This document shows positions 52,201-62,467 of a stretch of 64,000 nucleotides of DNA, piece by piece. This DNA is from Podarcis tiliguerta (taxonomy: Eukaryota): assembly GCA_965153285.1 (NCBI GenBank), contig OZ229113.1, one strand, 5' to 3'. The notes under the pieces were generated by a model. The model was not told where the DNA came from. It made no database searches and saw only the letters and a list, made by a program, of their open reading frames with translations. Position 1 is the stretch's first letter. Every line of letters starts with the position of its first letter. A program made the position numbers and the translations under genes.

Positions 52201-54515
52201 AGGAGAACAACCTAAATGGCTGGACTGGTATGATTCCACAATTCCACCCAAGTCCATTTTACAGATAGCTTTGCCTGAAACTGGAATAAATAGAACTTCA
52301 GCCTCCAATGCAGTTTAACCAAAATGGCAATACCTCAGAATTTAGAGACAGAATGCCAGTCCTACATGTTTTTGTGGAGGGGGGTTTGGAGGCAGGAGAC
52401 ACCTTGGACTCTCAGTGGGCCCTGCTTCTAAAATAGACTCACCTCTTCCTTTTTCATCGCCCGCTTCCCTGCCTCTCCCTCTGGCCCCAGCCCACACTCC
52501 TCAGTGGTGGAAGCAAAGCATACCAATGTTGCTGCTCCTTTTCTTCCCTTCTCTCACCGCTTGCTTATTTATTTATTTCACCTGTTTGGCACTTACTCTA
52601 GAGAGGCCACTAAACGACTTCCAAGAATTAAGAGCCAAAAATGCATAGCATGAAATCAAAGACAATGCAGTCCAATAAAACAGTTTCAATACTACTATAT
52701 CTAAAAAAAGCAAAACCAAAAAAGAAGAATCAGCGGCAATAACATTCCCATCAAATTTCACTCTTATTGCACTCCATCCTCGAGGATAGCAAAACAGTCA
52801 ACAACAGCAAGGAATAGGAGTAGCAAAATGGCCATGAGTTCTTCTGCCACTTGTCCTATTTTACAGAGGGCAGTCCTCTATTTGAAAGTGTCTTCTGTTT
52901 GAGAGGTGTCCAGCCCAAACGTGGTTTAAAGACAAAAAGCCATTAAAAAAGGGTCTTGAAGTTGCCCATCAACAGTTAGCAGCACCTAATCAGCAGGCTG
53001 AACAGGCACACAAGTCATCTGGTGAGAGGTATCTAAATTTGTGTCTGCACATATAATTTACCATGTGGGGAAACTGGTGGCCATCCCAGCTGGGAGCCTC
53101 AAACCCCAGCGAGTGTACAGTGATGCCAGCCTTATTGAAGACATAAGAACACACCGTACTGATGTTTAAAGTGAAGTAGATTGGGGTTTTTTCCAGCAAA
53201 AGTAAAAGGTTTACTATCTTCTGCACAGTGATGTAATGATCTTGAATGGAAAAGTTAAGAAAAATCAAGGGAATTTGTCCTCCTCCCCCCAGATCTATAG
53301 TTGTCTGAAAGCAAGGTTAAACTAAGTGTGCATTTATCTATGACATAACCCTTCTTGCTCACCATTTGTGCTGTTAACATTCATGACAGTGCACCCTGAA
53401 GATACAAATCTTTTTTCTAGATGGCTTTTGTCAAGATTCTTAACGCAAGTAATAAGATGATTAGGTCTGTTAATAATATCATTAGAGATAAAGTCTTAAA
53501 GAGGATTTAGGCTTTGATGGCATGGAAAACCTTTAAAGCTTAAAACATCTCTACATGTTTGCAAGGCCTTGCAATTAAGGCATGTGCCTGTGTGATTCAA
53601 CTCTATAATCATTATAAAAGGATAAACTGGATTTAAATGGTGATAAGTGGACAACTCTCAGTCCCTGTCCCCGTCCCTCGACTACATGATCTGTGAAAAA
53701 AAGTTTTGTTTAAATAGCCAGATGGATTGAAAGACACATTGAATAGGAGAACAAATACATTTGTCTGTCTTTGGCCCTTCCTTGTTTAAGCCTCTGTTTG
53801 AAATTGAATTGGATAATTAAAAAATAATTCAAAACCATTTGTGGTTGATTGGATAATGCTCCTGATGAATCTTATTCCTAATAAAATATTTTTCCATTAT
53901 ACAATCTCCATGTCAGGGAAGCGTCACCTGTTTAATTTCTGCAGTCTAGGCTTCCATTAAAGACACAGGCATTTACTGCTTGGGCCGTAAAACAGTTGCA
54001 AAATCTTTTGGGACTGGAGATAACCTCACCTCATCAGAGTCGGCTGTCTCATTGCTACTTTTCAGCCCTGAGCCTGGAAAGCTTATCCAAATTATTAGAT
54101 CCCCACAATGCGCCACTCAGAGAAGTTGCCACTCCAGCTTGCACTACTCTGTTGGAAACATAAACACTAAAGGAAAAATGTGAGCTGGAAAAAGTTCGTG
54201 AAATGTATTGAAGGCGGGAGTTGGGAGAAAGACATACTGAAAGGCAATGTGTCTTTTTTAAGCCTGGATGAAATCTTTGCTGGACTGTTAGGGAGAATTA
54301 CTCACAAGCTGAGAACAAATGCCAATGCAAACTGCTCCACTAATCAATAGTAGATACTGCACTCAACTTCACTTAATACTGCATATCAGTCTGTCACTCT
54401 TGCATCTATTTGTGTTCTCTCTCTCTGTTTATATATATATATATTCCTTTGGATATCTGCTTTGTAACTGCAGCCCCAGTCATGCTGGGAGCAAAGAACT
54501 AGAGACCTTTTATTG

Positions 54516-54764
54516 CATGGACAGGCAAACTGAGGCCCAGGGGCCGGATCCGGCCCAATCACCTTCTAAATCCAGCCCACAGACGGCCCGGGAATCAGCG
54601 TGTTTTTACATGAGTAGAATGTATACTTTTATTTTAAATGCATCTCTGGGTTATTTGTGGGGCATAGGAATTCATTCTTCTTGTTCTTTCAAAATATAGT
54701 CCGGCCCCCACAAGGTCTGAGGGACAGTGGACTGCCCCCTGCTGAAAAAGTTTGCTGACCCCTG
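54516..54764 (-). mobile_element. hAT MITE (family A)
   Basis: Inverted copy of 946-1206; 8-bp TSD TTTTATTG (54508-54515, 54765-54772). Confidence 0.93.
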
Positions 54765-55149
54765 TTTTATTGCATTGTTAAGCAACTTCCCCAGATAGTG
54801 GTCTGACAACCAGATATGCTGATTGCCTCACGAGTGACCCAACTTTGTAAACACAAAAATTGATGTCACCTAGCTGTAAGGGCTATACATTTATTAAACA
54901 TATGTTCACCGGTATAGCTGGGCTTTTATGTGCAACATCCACCTGTTGTTCCACCTACTTTTTGCCTCTGTCCCAAAACCATTTCTTCCATGCGGCTCCA
55001 GCCAGCACTGACACATGTTTTGGGAATGTGTAGAATTGAGTTTCGCCATTACATAGTAATCTGTGGGTGTTATTCCTGCACAACTAAAGAACATATTGTG
55101 AGTGACAAAGGTAAACTGCTATCAACATGCTTGAAATAGTTCTTAAGAC

Positions 55150-55281
55150 AAGGTTACCGGATGTCCCTGTTGCCGGGGGACGGTCCTCAGATTTAGAAAT
55201 CAGTCCCCTGACAAAATCCACTGAATTTGACCGAAGTTGAAAAGTGTCCCCGGATTCATTGAAAAAAATCTGGTAGCCTTA
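55150..55281. mobile_element. Small TIR element, probably a hAT MITE
   Basis: AAGGTTACCGGA...TCTGGTAGCCTT termini; imperfect flanking repeat CTTAAGAC / TTTAAGGC. Confidence 0.55.
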
Positions 55282-56769
55282 TTTAAGGCCTAACATTCCC
55301 TCCATTCCTATATCTGTGCTCTAGGGTTCAGCCATTTTTCTATCAGATGTTTTAATCTTTCCTCATTAAGTCATCTCTTTAGCACCCTGGTTTCCAATGG
55401 CTGTTACCTAAAGCTTCCATTTTATTAATAGTACATTTTAATTCTGTGCCAAAAACTGCACTGACGATGTTATGAGACACTCCATCAATTATTTGGGTCT
55501 TTGGTCATTTAGGGCTTTTTTACATTAAAGACAACACTTCACTTTGGGCCAGTAGCAAATGGGACAGCTGGTGTATGATGATTGTTCTCTGTTGCACAAA
55601 CAAATCACAACATGTGCTGCTGTGCACTAGCTTCAGTTTCTGTACCATTCTAAAGGGTAGCCCACATTGCAGCGATCACATTGGAAAGTCATGAGTGCAT
55701 GGGTCTCTGCATGCAAGAGATCCATGATTGTGCCCTTCTGAGGATCCATACTTTAGTGTACTTGACCCAGTATTTGTTATGCATTCATTAACTGTCAGGA
55801 TATTTCATCTTTTGTGATGTATATTTTATCGGCCATTGTTAATATGGTAAGTAATTGAAAGTGCTTTTTTGTATACAGACACACGAGTGCTTCCTTTTGT
55901 TTGGTAAATGTGTTTCATTTCACTGATGGCAACTTGTGTTGTGAAGTATTTCCCCTCTAGATGTGACAAGGTGCATTTTTTAAAAAAACAAAAACAAAAA
56001 ACAAATCTCATTATGTTGTTCTGCTCACATTTCTAGACTGACTGTGCCCCTTGCTGCTATTTTATCACCTTCTAATTTGAGTGTCGTCTGTGAATTTCAT
56101 TAACATACCACAAAGTTCCTGTGAGCAGGTGGTATTCACACCTGCTCTTAACAGAGGAGCCACATGATAAATTTAGTCCAAACCTTCCTTTTCATGTGTA
56201 TCCTTTGTGAATATCAATATTTCCACAACATAATCATCTGTTTTGTTTTAATACTTGGCAATTATTAGGTGCTTTGTAATAGAACAATGTTGGTCCCTCC
56301 AGTGGGCACTAACTGCTCCCGGGCCAACGCTGACATACCCTTTTAGTAGGGTATGGCATGGACTCCTCACACAGGACCTCAGATTTCTGAAATATCAAGT
56401 AGAGTGAGAACAAGCTATGTCAGAAGAAAACCTCAGCTTCCTCGCAGCCCACATATTTGAATTACTGTTAAATAAAAGCTAATATTTTCAAATGTAAAGC
56501 AGAAAACCCCCAACAATTTTTACATACCGTCAACATGATATGGCAAATGTCTCGTTATGTGTTGGGTATCACTGCAGACTCAATATAGTAAAAGTTACCG
56601 TAATTGTAAGTGTGGAAATAAATGGTACAGTCATATTGGGATTATACCACAGCAAAAAGCAGGTGGAGAAATGGATGCTTGGATAGGCCCTATGCCAAGA
56701 AATGGACATCAGAGAAACTGTTAGGCTCGTACATGCTTGCTTTCCAAGTGTAGGGAAATGTTTATATGG

Positions 56770-56885
56770 AGAAGTTGTGGGTTCAAGCCCCACATTGGGC
56801 AAAATATACCTGCATTGCAGGAAGTTGGACTCGATGACCCAAATGACCCCTTACAGCTCTACAATTCTATGATCCTATGATCATA
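56770..56885 (+). mobile_element. Squam2-like SINE fragment
   Basis: GTGGGTTCAAGCCCCACATTGGGCAAAA...CCTGCATTGCAGG...GGACTCGATGACC...AATTCTATGATCCTATGA. Confidence 0.75.
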
Positions 56886-58948
56886 TGCTACACCAGTTTG
56901 AAACCTGAGTTTCATTTGTTCAGGCTGTTTCTTTGGGACCAGAAGAGAAGTTGGTCCACTTTCCCCTCAGGTTGCATAAATGTTCTTAGTGGACAGCAGT
57001 TGTTTAGATTCTCCATCCTTTTTCTGAAACAATTTCCTCAGCCTTCCATAAAGCTAAATTTACCACAGGCAGGTTTCCACTGTAATTAGGACTTTTTATA
57101 CAGTTGTCTGGCTAGAATTATTTTTTTGAGAATAACGTTTACTATTGACTTGAATGTCAATCATATTTTTATTGTTTGCTTTAAAACACAGCCCAAACAG
57201 GATAATAGAGGAGCCAGAAGCATGACGTGTCTGTTACCTCTTTACAAAGCGAACAGCAAGAGATAGATTTTTGTCTTTGCAGATGGATAACACTTATCTG
57301 TCTTGTGCTGAGAGCATAACTTTGTAGTTGACAAATACAACATCCTTCTCATGTTGCTTCGTGTATTGCTACAAAAATGGGTCCAAGGTCAAATACTATT
57401 CTTCTTTTATCCCCTTCAGAGAACGAGGATAGCTAGCTTCCTTTTCCCATATGTCAAAAACTGAAAACAAAGAGTCAAGGCAGCAGTGCTGAAAAGTGGC
57501 AAAACTTTAGAATTCGGATTTAAGAATTGGCTTTTTTTTGCACAGGGGTGGGGCGGAAACAAATCTTTTGGCTTCCTTTAAAATTCTCCACAATTGATTA
57601 TATAATAAATGATGATGGAGTCAGTTCACCCATCAGTACTTATAACTTACCCAATTTTTATTGTAGGTTGTACTGATCAGGTCAGTTCTCCATTTGTTTC
57701 ATTAAAAAAAACTTATAGCCACTTAATTTGGCTTAACTGTCTGTACATGAGGTACATCTCTAGCTGTTGTAGAAGCATCCATATATAAAAATCAGGATTG
57801 TGCTTACCTTTTTTTTGTGTGTGGCCTGCAAAAGAAATTCAGTGATGTGTCCTGAATCTCTTTCGTAATAAAGACTGCACAGTATCTATCTATATATACA
57901 CACAGTGTGCAGTATTTTGCTATTATGGGTTTAGCTGCCAGGCAGATCTTTCTGTGTGCAGGAGAAAGTCTGCATTCATTCCACTTGATGGATATCATGC
58001 CTAAAGCTTAAATCTAATTTGATCTTGTCACCCTAAGAGCAATGCCTGTAGGTATAACCACATATTTATACTTTAAACATATTTATTTGTATTCTCTCCA
58101 TATCACAGAATGAATTCTGTGTCTGACAGGTAGAATATAATAGGCAGCATCCACCTGGAATCCTTTCTGAACAAGCTGCATTGAAACGAATGAATCTGCC
58201 CCCAAACCTAGCATTGCTCCTGCACATCTTACACAATCTTGAACAGACCAGGGTAGTGTTCTCAAGCGTGTTCTTCTTTGAAGTAAGTTCAATGTATGAA
58301 AATCAATGGGGCCAACTTCCTAGTAGTCAGAATTAAGTTAGGTTTCTAAGGAGACACATCAGGAACTGTCTGAATTTGTTTTTATTTTGTTCTGTTAGGA
58401 ATGTGCAAAACTCTCCTGGGGGCTGTTGCTGCTCTTACGGCTTCCCTTGACATTTTTTGAGAGCTTTTATGGAAGCAAAACTCCTCAAATCCATCTCAGA
58501 ATTTGCTTCTGGTGGAAGTTGGTGGCAATGTAAAGATGAATGAAAGTCTCGGGAGAAATGTTGCTGGCCAGGTAAAAGCTGGCTTCTCTTGACATTCCAT
58601 GGAGATTTCTCTCAGGAATCTCCAGATTGCCTTCAGATTTTGATTTAGGTGACATTTGGCAGCAAATCTACCATCTGCTCTCTTGGAAATGTCCTTTTGC
58701 ATTATGTGCAACTCTGTCCTCAATGTCTACGATGAAAACACTTATAAGTAAGGATTGGAAAAATAGCTCCTTTTTGTCAGGGAACAATACGATAATAAAT
58801 ATTCAAAGTATTTGGCAGCACTAACTTTGAATTGGATCAGTTCTACTTTTGAAAAAGTTAAGGCTAAATAAACTATGCAAATTAAACACATATAACAGGC
58901 TATTTTAAAATGTGCGTATATTCAAGTCTACCAATTCTTAGTCCTTTA

Positions 58949-60028
58949 TTAAAATAAAAACAAAAAACCAGTCTTCTTCAAACTGTGTTTTTTTATACAC
59001 ATGCTGTGGTTCTGCTGTGGTTCTCTCTGCTGAGTTGCGTCTGTTATTGTTGCTGAGGCTGCAGTGTGCTTGTGGAGCCTCTGGGGACACTCTTTCGCCA
59101 TGTGCTGAGCACTGTCGCAGATGTAGCACTTCCTGTTCCCTCTAGGAGGCTTCGCTTTGACTGCTCCCGGTGTTAGGGCTCTGGTAGCTGACTGAGCCCT
59201 GGCACCTCCAATCTCCATCGGTTCCTCTCCCCCTCCCTGCGGAGGTGTGGATTGCGCACGCGCTGCATCCTTGGGAAAGAGGGGAGGTGCTCTCGCTGGC
59301 GTACGTCCCCAACGTCCTTCTTCTCTGTTCCATGGACGTTCTTCCAGATGCACCCCAATCTCCAGCGCCCGCTGGACCACCTGCTGAGTGCTCTTTGGCC
59401 TCTCCCCCCTTGCAATCTCATCTTTCACATTTGCATTCAAGCCTTCCCAAAAAAGGCCTCTGACGGGAGCAGAATCCTTCTCCCATCCCAGCGCATGGAC
59501 TAATCCAAAAAAGCGAGAATGGTACTGCCTCACACTGGCTCTACCTTGTTTGAGCCCATGTATGTCTTTTCTGGCGATATCAATGTCTATCTTTGATAAA
59601 AAACACAAATCCATCGCTTTAAGGAAAGCATTCGCATTTTGGAGCGCCGGATCCTTATCTCTCCACAGATTGCGCAGCCACGCTTTAGCTTCCCCATGCA
59701 AATGGGACAAGATAAACCCCACTTTCTCTTGCTCATCTCTAAAGTCTTTATCCAGCAGTTCCAGCGCAAACAGCAGGTCTGCTCGGAAGTTAGGGTACTG
59801 CTGTAAACTCCCATCGAAATGAGATACAAGGCTGCCTCCTCTTCTCCCCAGCCCAATCCCCTCTGATTTGGGTCCGGGTTGCCCCTGTTTAGCAAGCACT
59901 TCCAACCTGGCTTGGAGATCCCTGCAGGCGGCAGCCATTTCCTCCTCCCTTTTCCTGGATGCCAGTACCTCCGCGTTGAGTTGTGTCACTGCATTTTGCA
60001 GGTCTGCTAGTTGCTGTTCTGTAGTCAT
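58949..60028 (-). CDS. gag: Retrotransposon Gag (PEG10/RTL/sushi-like capsid plus CCHC zinc knuckle), about 359 aa, last ~18 codons from host flank
   Basis: First ATG at 60028 in AAG-ATG context (the track start at 60085 is a GTG). N-terminal coiled-coil-like segment, FDG...KVGFILSHLHGEAKAW, LKQGRASVRQYHSRF, FWEGLNANVKDEI, EPMEIG and CYICDSAQHMAKEC; no internal stop. Confidence 0.88.
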   Translation of the reverse strand: MTTEQQLADLQNAVTQLNAEVLASRKREEEMAAACRDLQARLEVLAKQGQPGPKSEGIGLGRRGGSLVSHFDGSLQQYPNFRADLLFALELLDKDFRDEQEKVGFILSHLHGEAKAWLRNLWRDKDPALQNANAFLKAMDLCFLSKIDIDIARKDIHGLKQGRASVRQYHSRFFGLVHALGWEKDSAPVRGLFWEGLNANVKDEIARGERPKSTQQVVQRALEIGVHLEERPWNREEGRWGRTPARAPPLFPKDAARAQSTPPQGGGEEPMEIGGARAQSATRALTPGAVKAKPPRGNRKCYICDSAQHMAKECPQRLHKHTAASATITDATQQREPQQNHSMCIKKHSLKKTGFLFLF

Positions 60029-60122
60029 CTTGCCTGACTTTTGTGAGCTCGCGAAGCACCAATCCTCTTCCCTCGCTGCGTCCACTCACGTTACGAGGTT
60101 CTTGGTGCAAACCTTTTCTTAG

Positions 60123-60133
60123 AGATGGAGCTT
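60123..60133 (-). promoter_or_regulatory. Self-priming primer-binding site (Tf1/sushi type)
   Basis: Minus-strand AAGCTCCATCT starts 2 nt after the LTR end, has no TGG tRNA-type start, and is perfectly complementary to AGATGGAGCTT inside the LTR (60283-60273). Confidence 0.8.
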
Positions 60134-60135
60134 AC

Positions 60136-60898
60136 TGTCAGAGCTGGCTCCAGGTCCCAGCTCACAGAGGACCAACGCTAGCCGGTAGTAATGTACAAAA
60201 GTCTTTATTGAAGTACAGTTTCCATTTTCAAACCGGAGCGCCCCAGCTCTACGTCTAGGGTTTAGACCGGCGAAGCTCCATCTGAATCTCCGCCCCCTGT
60301 ACACCAGTTCAAGATTCTAGCCTTACTCCACCTCTTCCGTCTCTCCTTTCTCCTCTGGGTCCTGCTACCCCCCGGGGTCCCTTCCTTCCTGGATTCTTCC
60401 GACGCAGACGTTGACCCCCCTGACTCCTCCCGCTCTTTTCGGCGGGCTTTGGGACCTGGCTCCCTATCCGGGCTGTCAACTGTGCCGCCCTCCTGTACAT
60501 TTGAACTTGGCGCGCGCGCCCAGCCTTCAACCTTCCTCTCGACCGTTTCCTCGCTCCCCGATGGAGGCGTGGCCAATCCTGCCTCATGTCCTCCCGCTGG
60601 CAGTGCGCCGCCTGATCCCGATGCCTGGGACTCCTCCCCCCTACTGCACTCTGGTGTGGACGCTGGTCCTGATTTCCAACTGCTGCTCTCTGAGTCCCCT
60701 CTGGCCCCTTCTTCCTGGGGTGTCCCCCTAGGCACCCCCCTTGCCCTGACCATGGGAGCCCCTTTCTGTGAATCTTCCGATTCGCTGGAAAGACTCAGAG
60801 ACCTCGGACCGCTGTCATCGCTGACATTTCCTTCGGACTCCTCCCCCTCCCTCTCCATTTCCTCCCTTTCCTGTGCCTCTGCTCCTGAACCCCTGACA
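60136..60898 (-). repeat. 5' LTR, 763 bp
   Basis: 6-bp terminal inverted repeat TGTCAG/CTGACA; minus-strand AATAAA at 60209-60204; inferred transcription start near 60283. Confidence 0.88.
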
Positions 60899-61944
60899 CA
60901 TGCCATTTAATTATTCTCTCTCTCCCATGCACTCTGTTGTCCCTGAACCCCCACAAAGAGGACTTAAGAATAGTTCCTGATATTTAAATAAGCAACAAAA
61001 TTTATCGAAACCCACATGCCCAACCTTGAAGTACTGAGTTGGATGAGCTGGCCAGACTTCAAGGGGGTCACCTGTTTGCACCTTTGGGCCATGAGGCACT
61101 GATGGTTAGGTATCAGAAAACCCCTGTTGTTGTTATATATTTGTCCACGTGCCCCCCTGCCTTATCCCTGCAGTGTATCTGCCAAAATTACAAACCTAGC
61201 ACTGTAAGGTAAACCAGTGTGATATAAGGTGAGAAAGGCAACAAATATCTGGCCCAAAGCCAATTAGGAGCAAAAAATATATTTGTGGCTCTAAATGAAA
61301 ATGGCAACCAGGATAACCCACACTGTGCCAGGGGCAGATGTGTGCATGCCAATATGAACAAAACTGAGTGGGAAGCCTGGACATATATAGGCTGCTCCTC
61401 AAACCCAAACCCACCGGCCACAGGAGGTTTCGCAGGAAGCCCTTGAATACTATTTCTGACATGTAGGGCCAAGAGGAAAAGCTGCTCTTTTGCTAGATGA
61501 GGGGAGTGAGCATGATGATTTTAAGTATCTTATTATTTCACTGTTATGTTGTATTTGCCTGCTTTGGGGGGAAGCCAAATGATTTACTCCCCTCTCAGAT
61601 TCCTAATATTAAGAACATTCACTCCTTCTCTGCTCTATTTGTTCAAGTGGTTTCTCCAGCCTACCCCGAAACCTAGCCCTGCTTCAGCACTGTTTTCTCA
61701 TGTTTACTGGATGGTCTTCCTGTGAAAACAGTGCAAATCAGATGGCATCACAAAGACTTGATGTATAGTAGCTAGTTTCATATGATTGCCAAATTGAGCC
61801 TCACTCTCAGTCGGCAATGATTTTCAACACCTTTGTAAAAAATGAAATGAAACCACACTTTTTGATGCTACAAAAACTGTTCTCAAAAGCAACTCCTTTT
61901 GTCTCAGCTTTCATTATCAATTCTTTGGTATTTTCTAGTAGAAG

Positions 61945-62467
61945 TAGTAGTAACAACAACAATAAAACAACAACTTTATTATTTATACCCCTCAAATCTA
62001 GCTGGGTTTCCCCAGGTACTCTGGGTGGCTTATAGCATATCTAAAACATAAAGCATTAAAAACCTCCCCATGCAGGCTTTCTTCAGATGTCTTCTAAAAG
62101 ATGTCTTTATCTGCTTGGCATCTGAAGGGAGGGCGTTCCATAGGGAGGGTGCCACTACTGAGAAGGCCCCCACCACTACCTGGTGCCCTGTAACTTCACT
62201 TCTCGCAGTGAGGGAACCAGCAGAAGACCCTTAGAGGAGAACCTCAGTGTCTGGGCTGAGCGATAGGGTACTCCTTCAGGTACTCTGGGCCGAGGCCATT
62301 TAGGGCTTCAAAGTTCAGCACCAACACTTTGAATTGTGCTCAGAAACGTACTGGGAGCCAGAGAAGATTCTTTAGGACTGGTGTTATATGGTCCTGGTGG
62401 CCACGCCCAGTCACCAGTCTAGCTGTCGCATTCTGGATTAGTTTTAGTTTCCAAGTCACCTTCAAAG
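61945..62467 (-). mobile_element. 5'-truncated L2 LINE with microsatellite tail
   Basis: GGAGGGCGTTCCATAGGGAGGGTGCCACTACTGAGAAGGCCC, AGCACCAACACTTTGAATTG and GCATTCTGGATTAGTTTTAG (complement of LKLIQNA); (AAC/AGT)n tail. Confidence 0.85.

Larger units (their letters stand above)
59005..60898 (-). mobile_element. Truncated Ty3/Gypsy (sushi/Tf1-type) LTR retrotransposon: 5' LTR + PBS + gag only
   Basis: LTR with TGTCAG...CTGACA termini, gag ORF, sharp GC/CpG-rich boundaries, CATGC direct repeat at 59000-59004 and 60899-60903. Confidence 0.93.

Noticed and set aside
57804-57840. Possible minus-strand micro-exon (TTCTTTTGCAG...AAAG/GTAAG)
   Set aside because: Splice-like signals of this quality occur by chance in 64 kb; no partner exons or recognisable peptide.
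59388-59822. Antisense ORFs over gag
   Set aside because: Shadow frames of a real coding sequence.
58949-60085. Calling the gag ORF an orthologue of PEG10/RTL1/ARC
   Set aside because: An intact LTR, PBS, TSD and retained CpGs indicate a recent retrotransposon insertion; the similarity reflects shared Gypsy gag ancestry.
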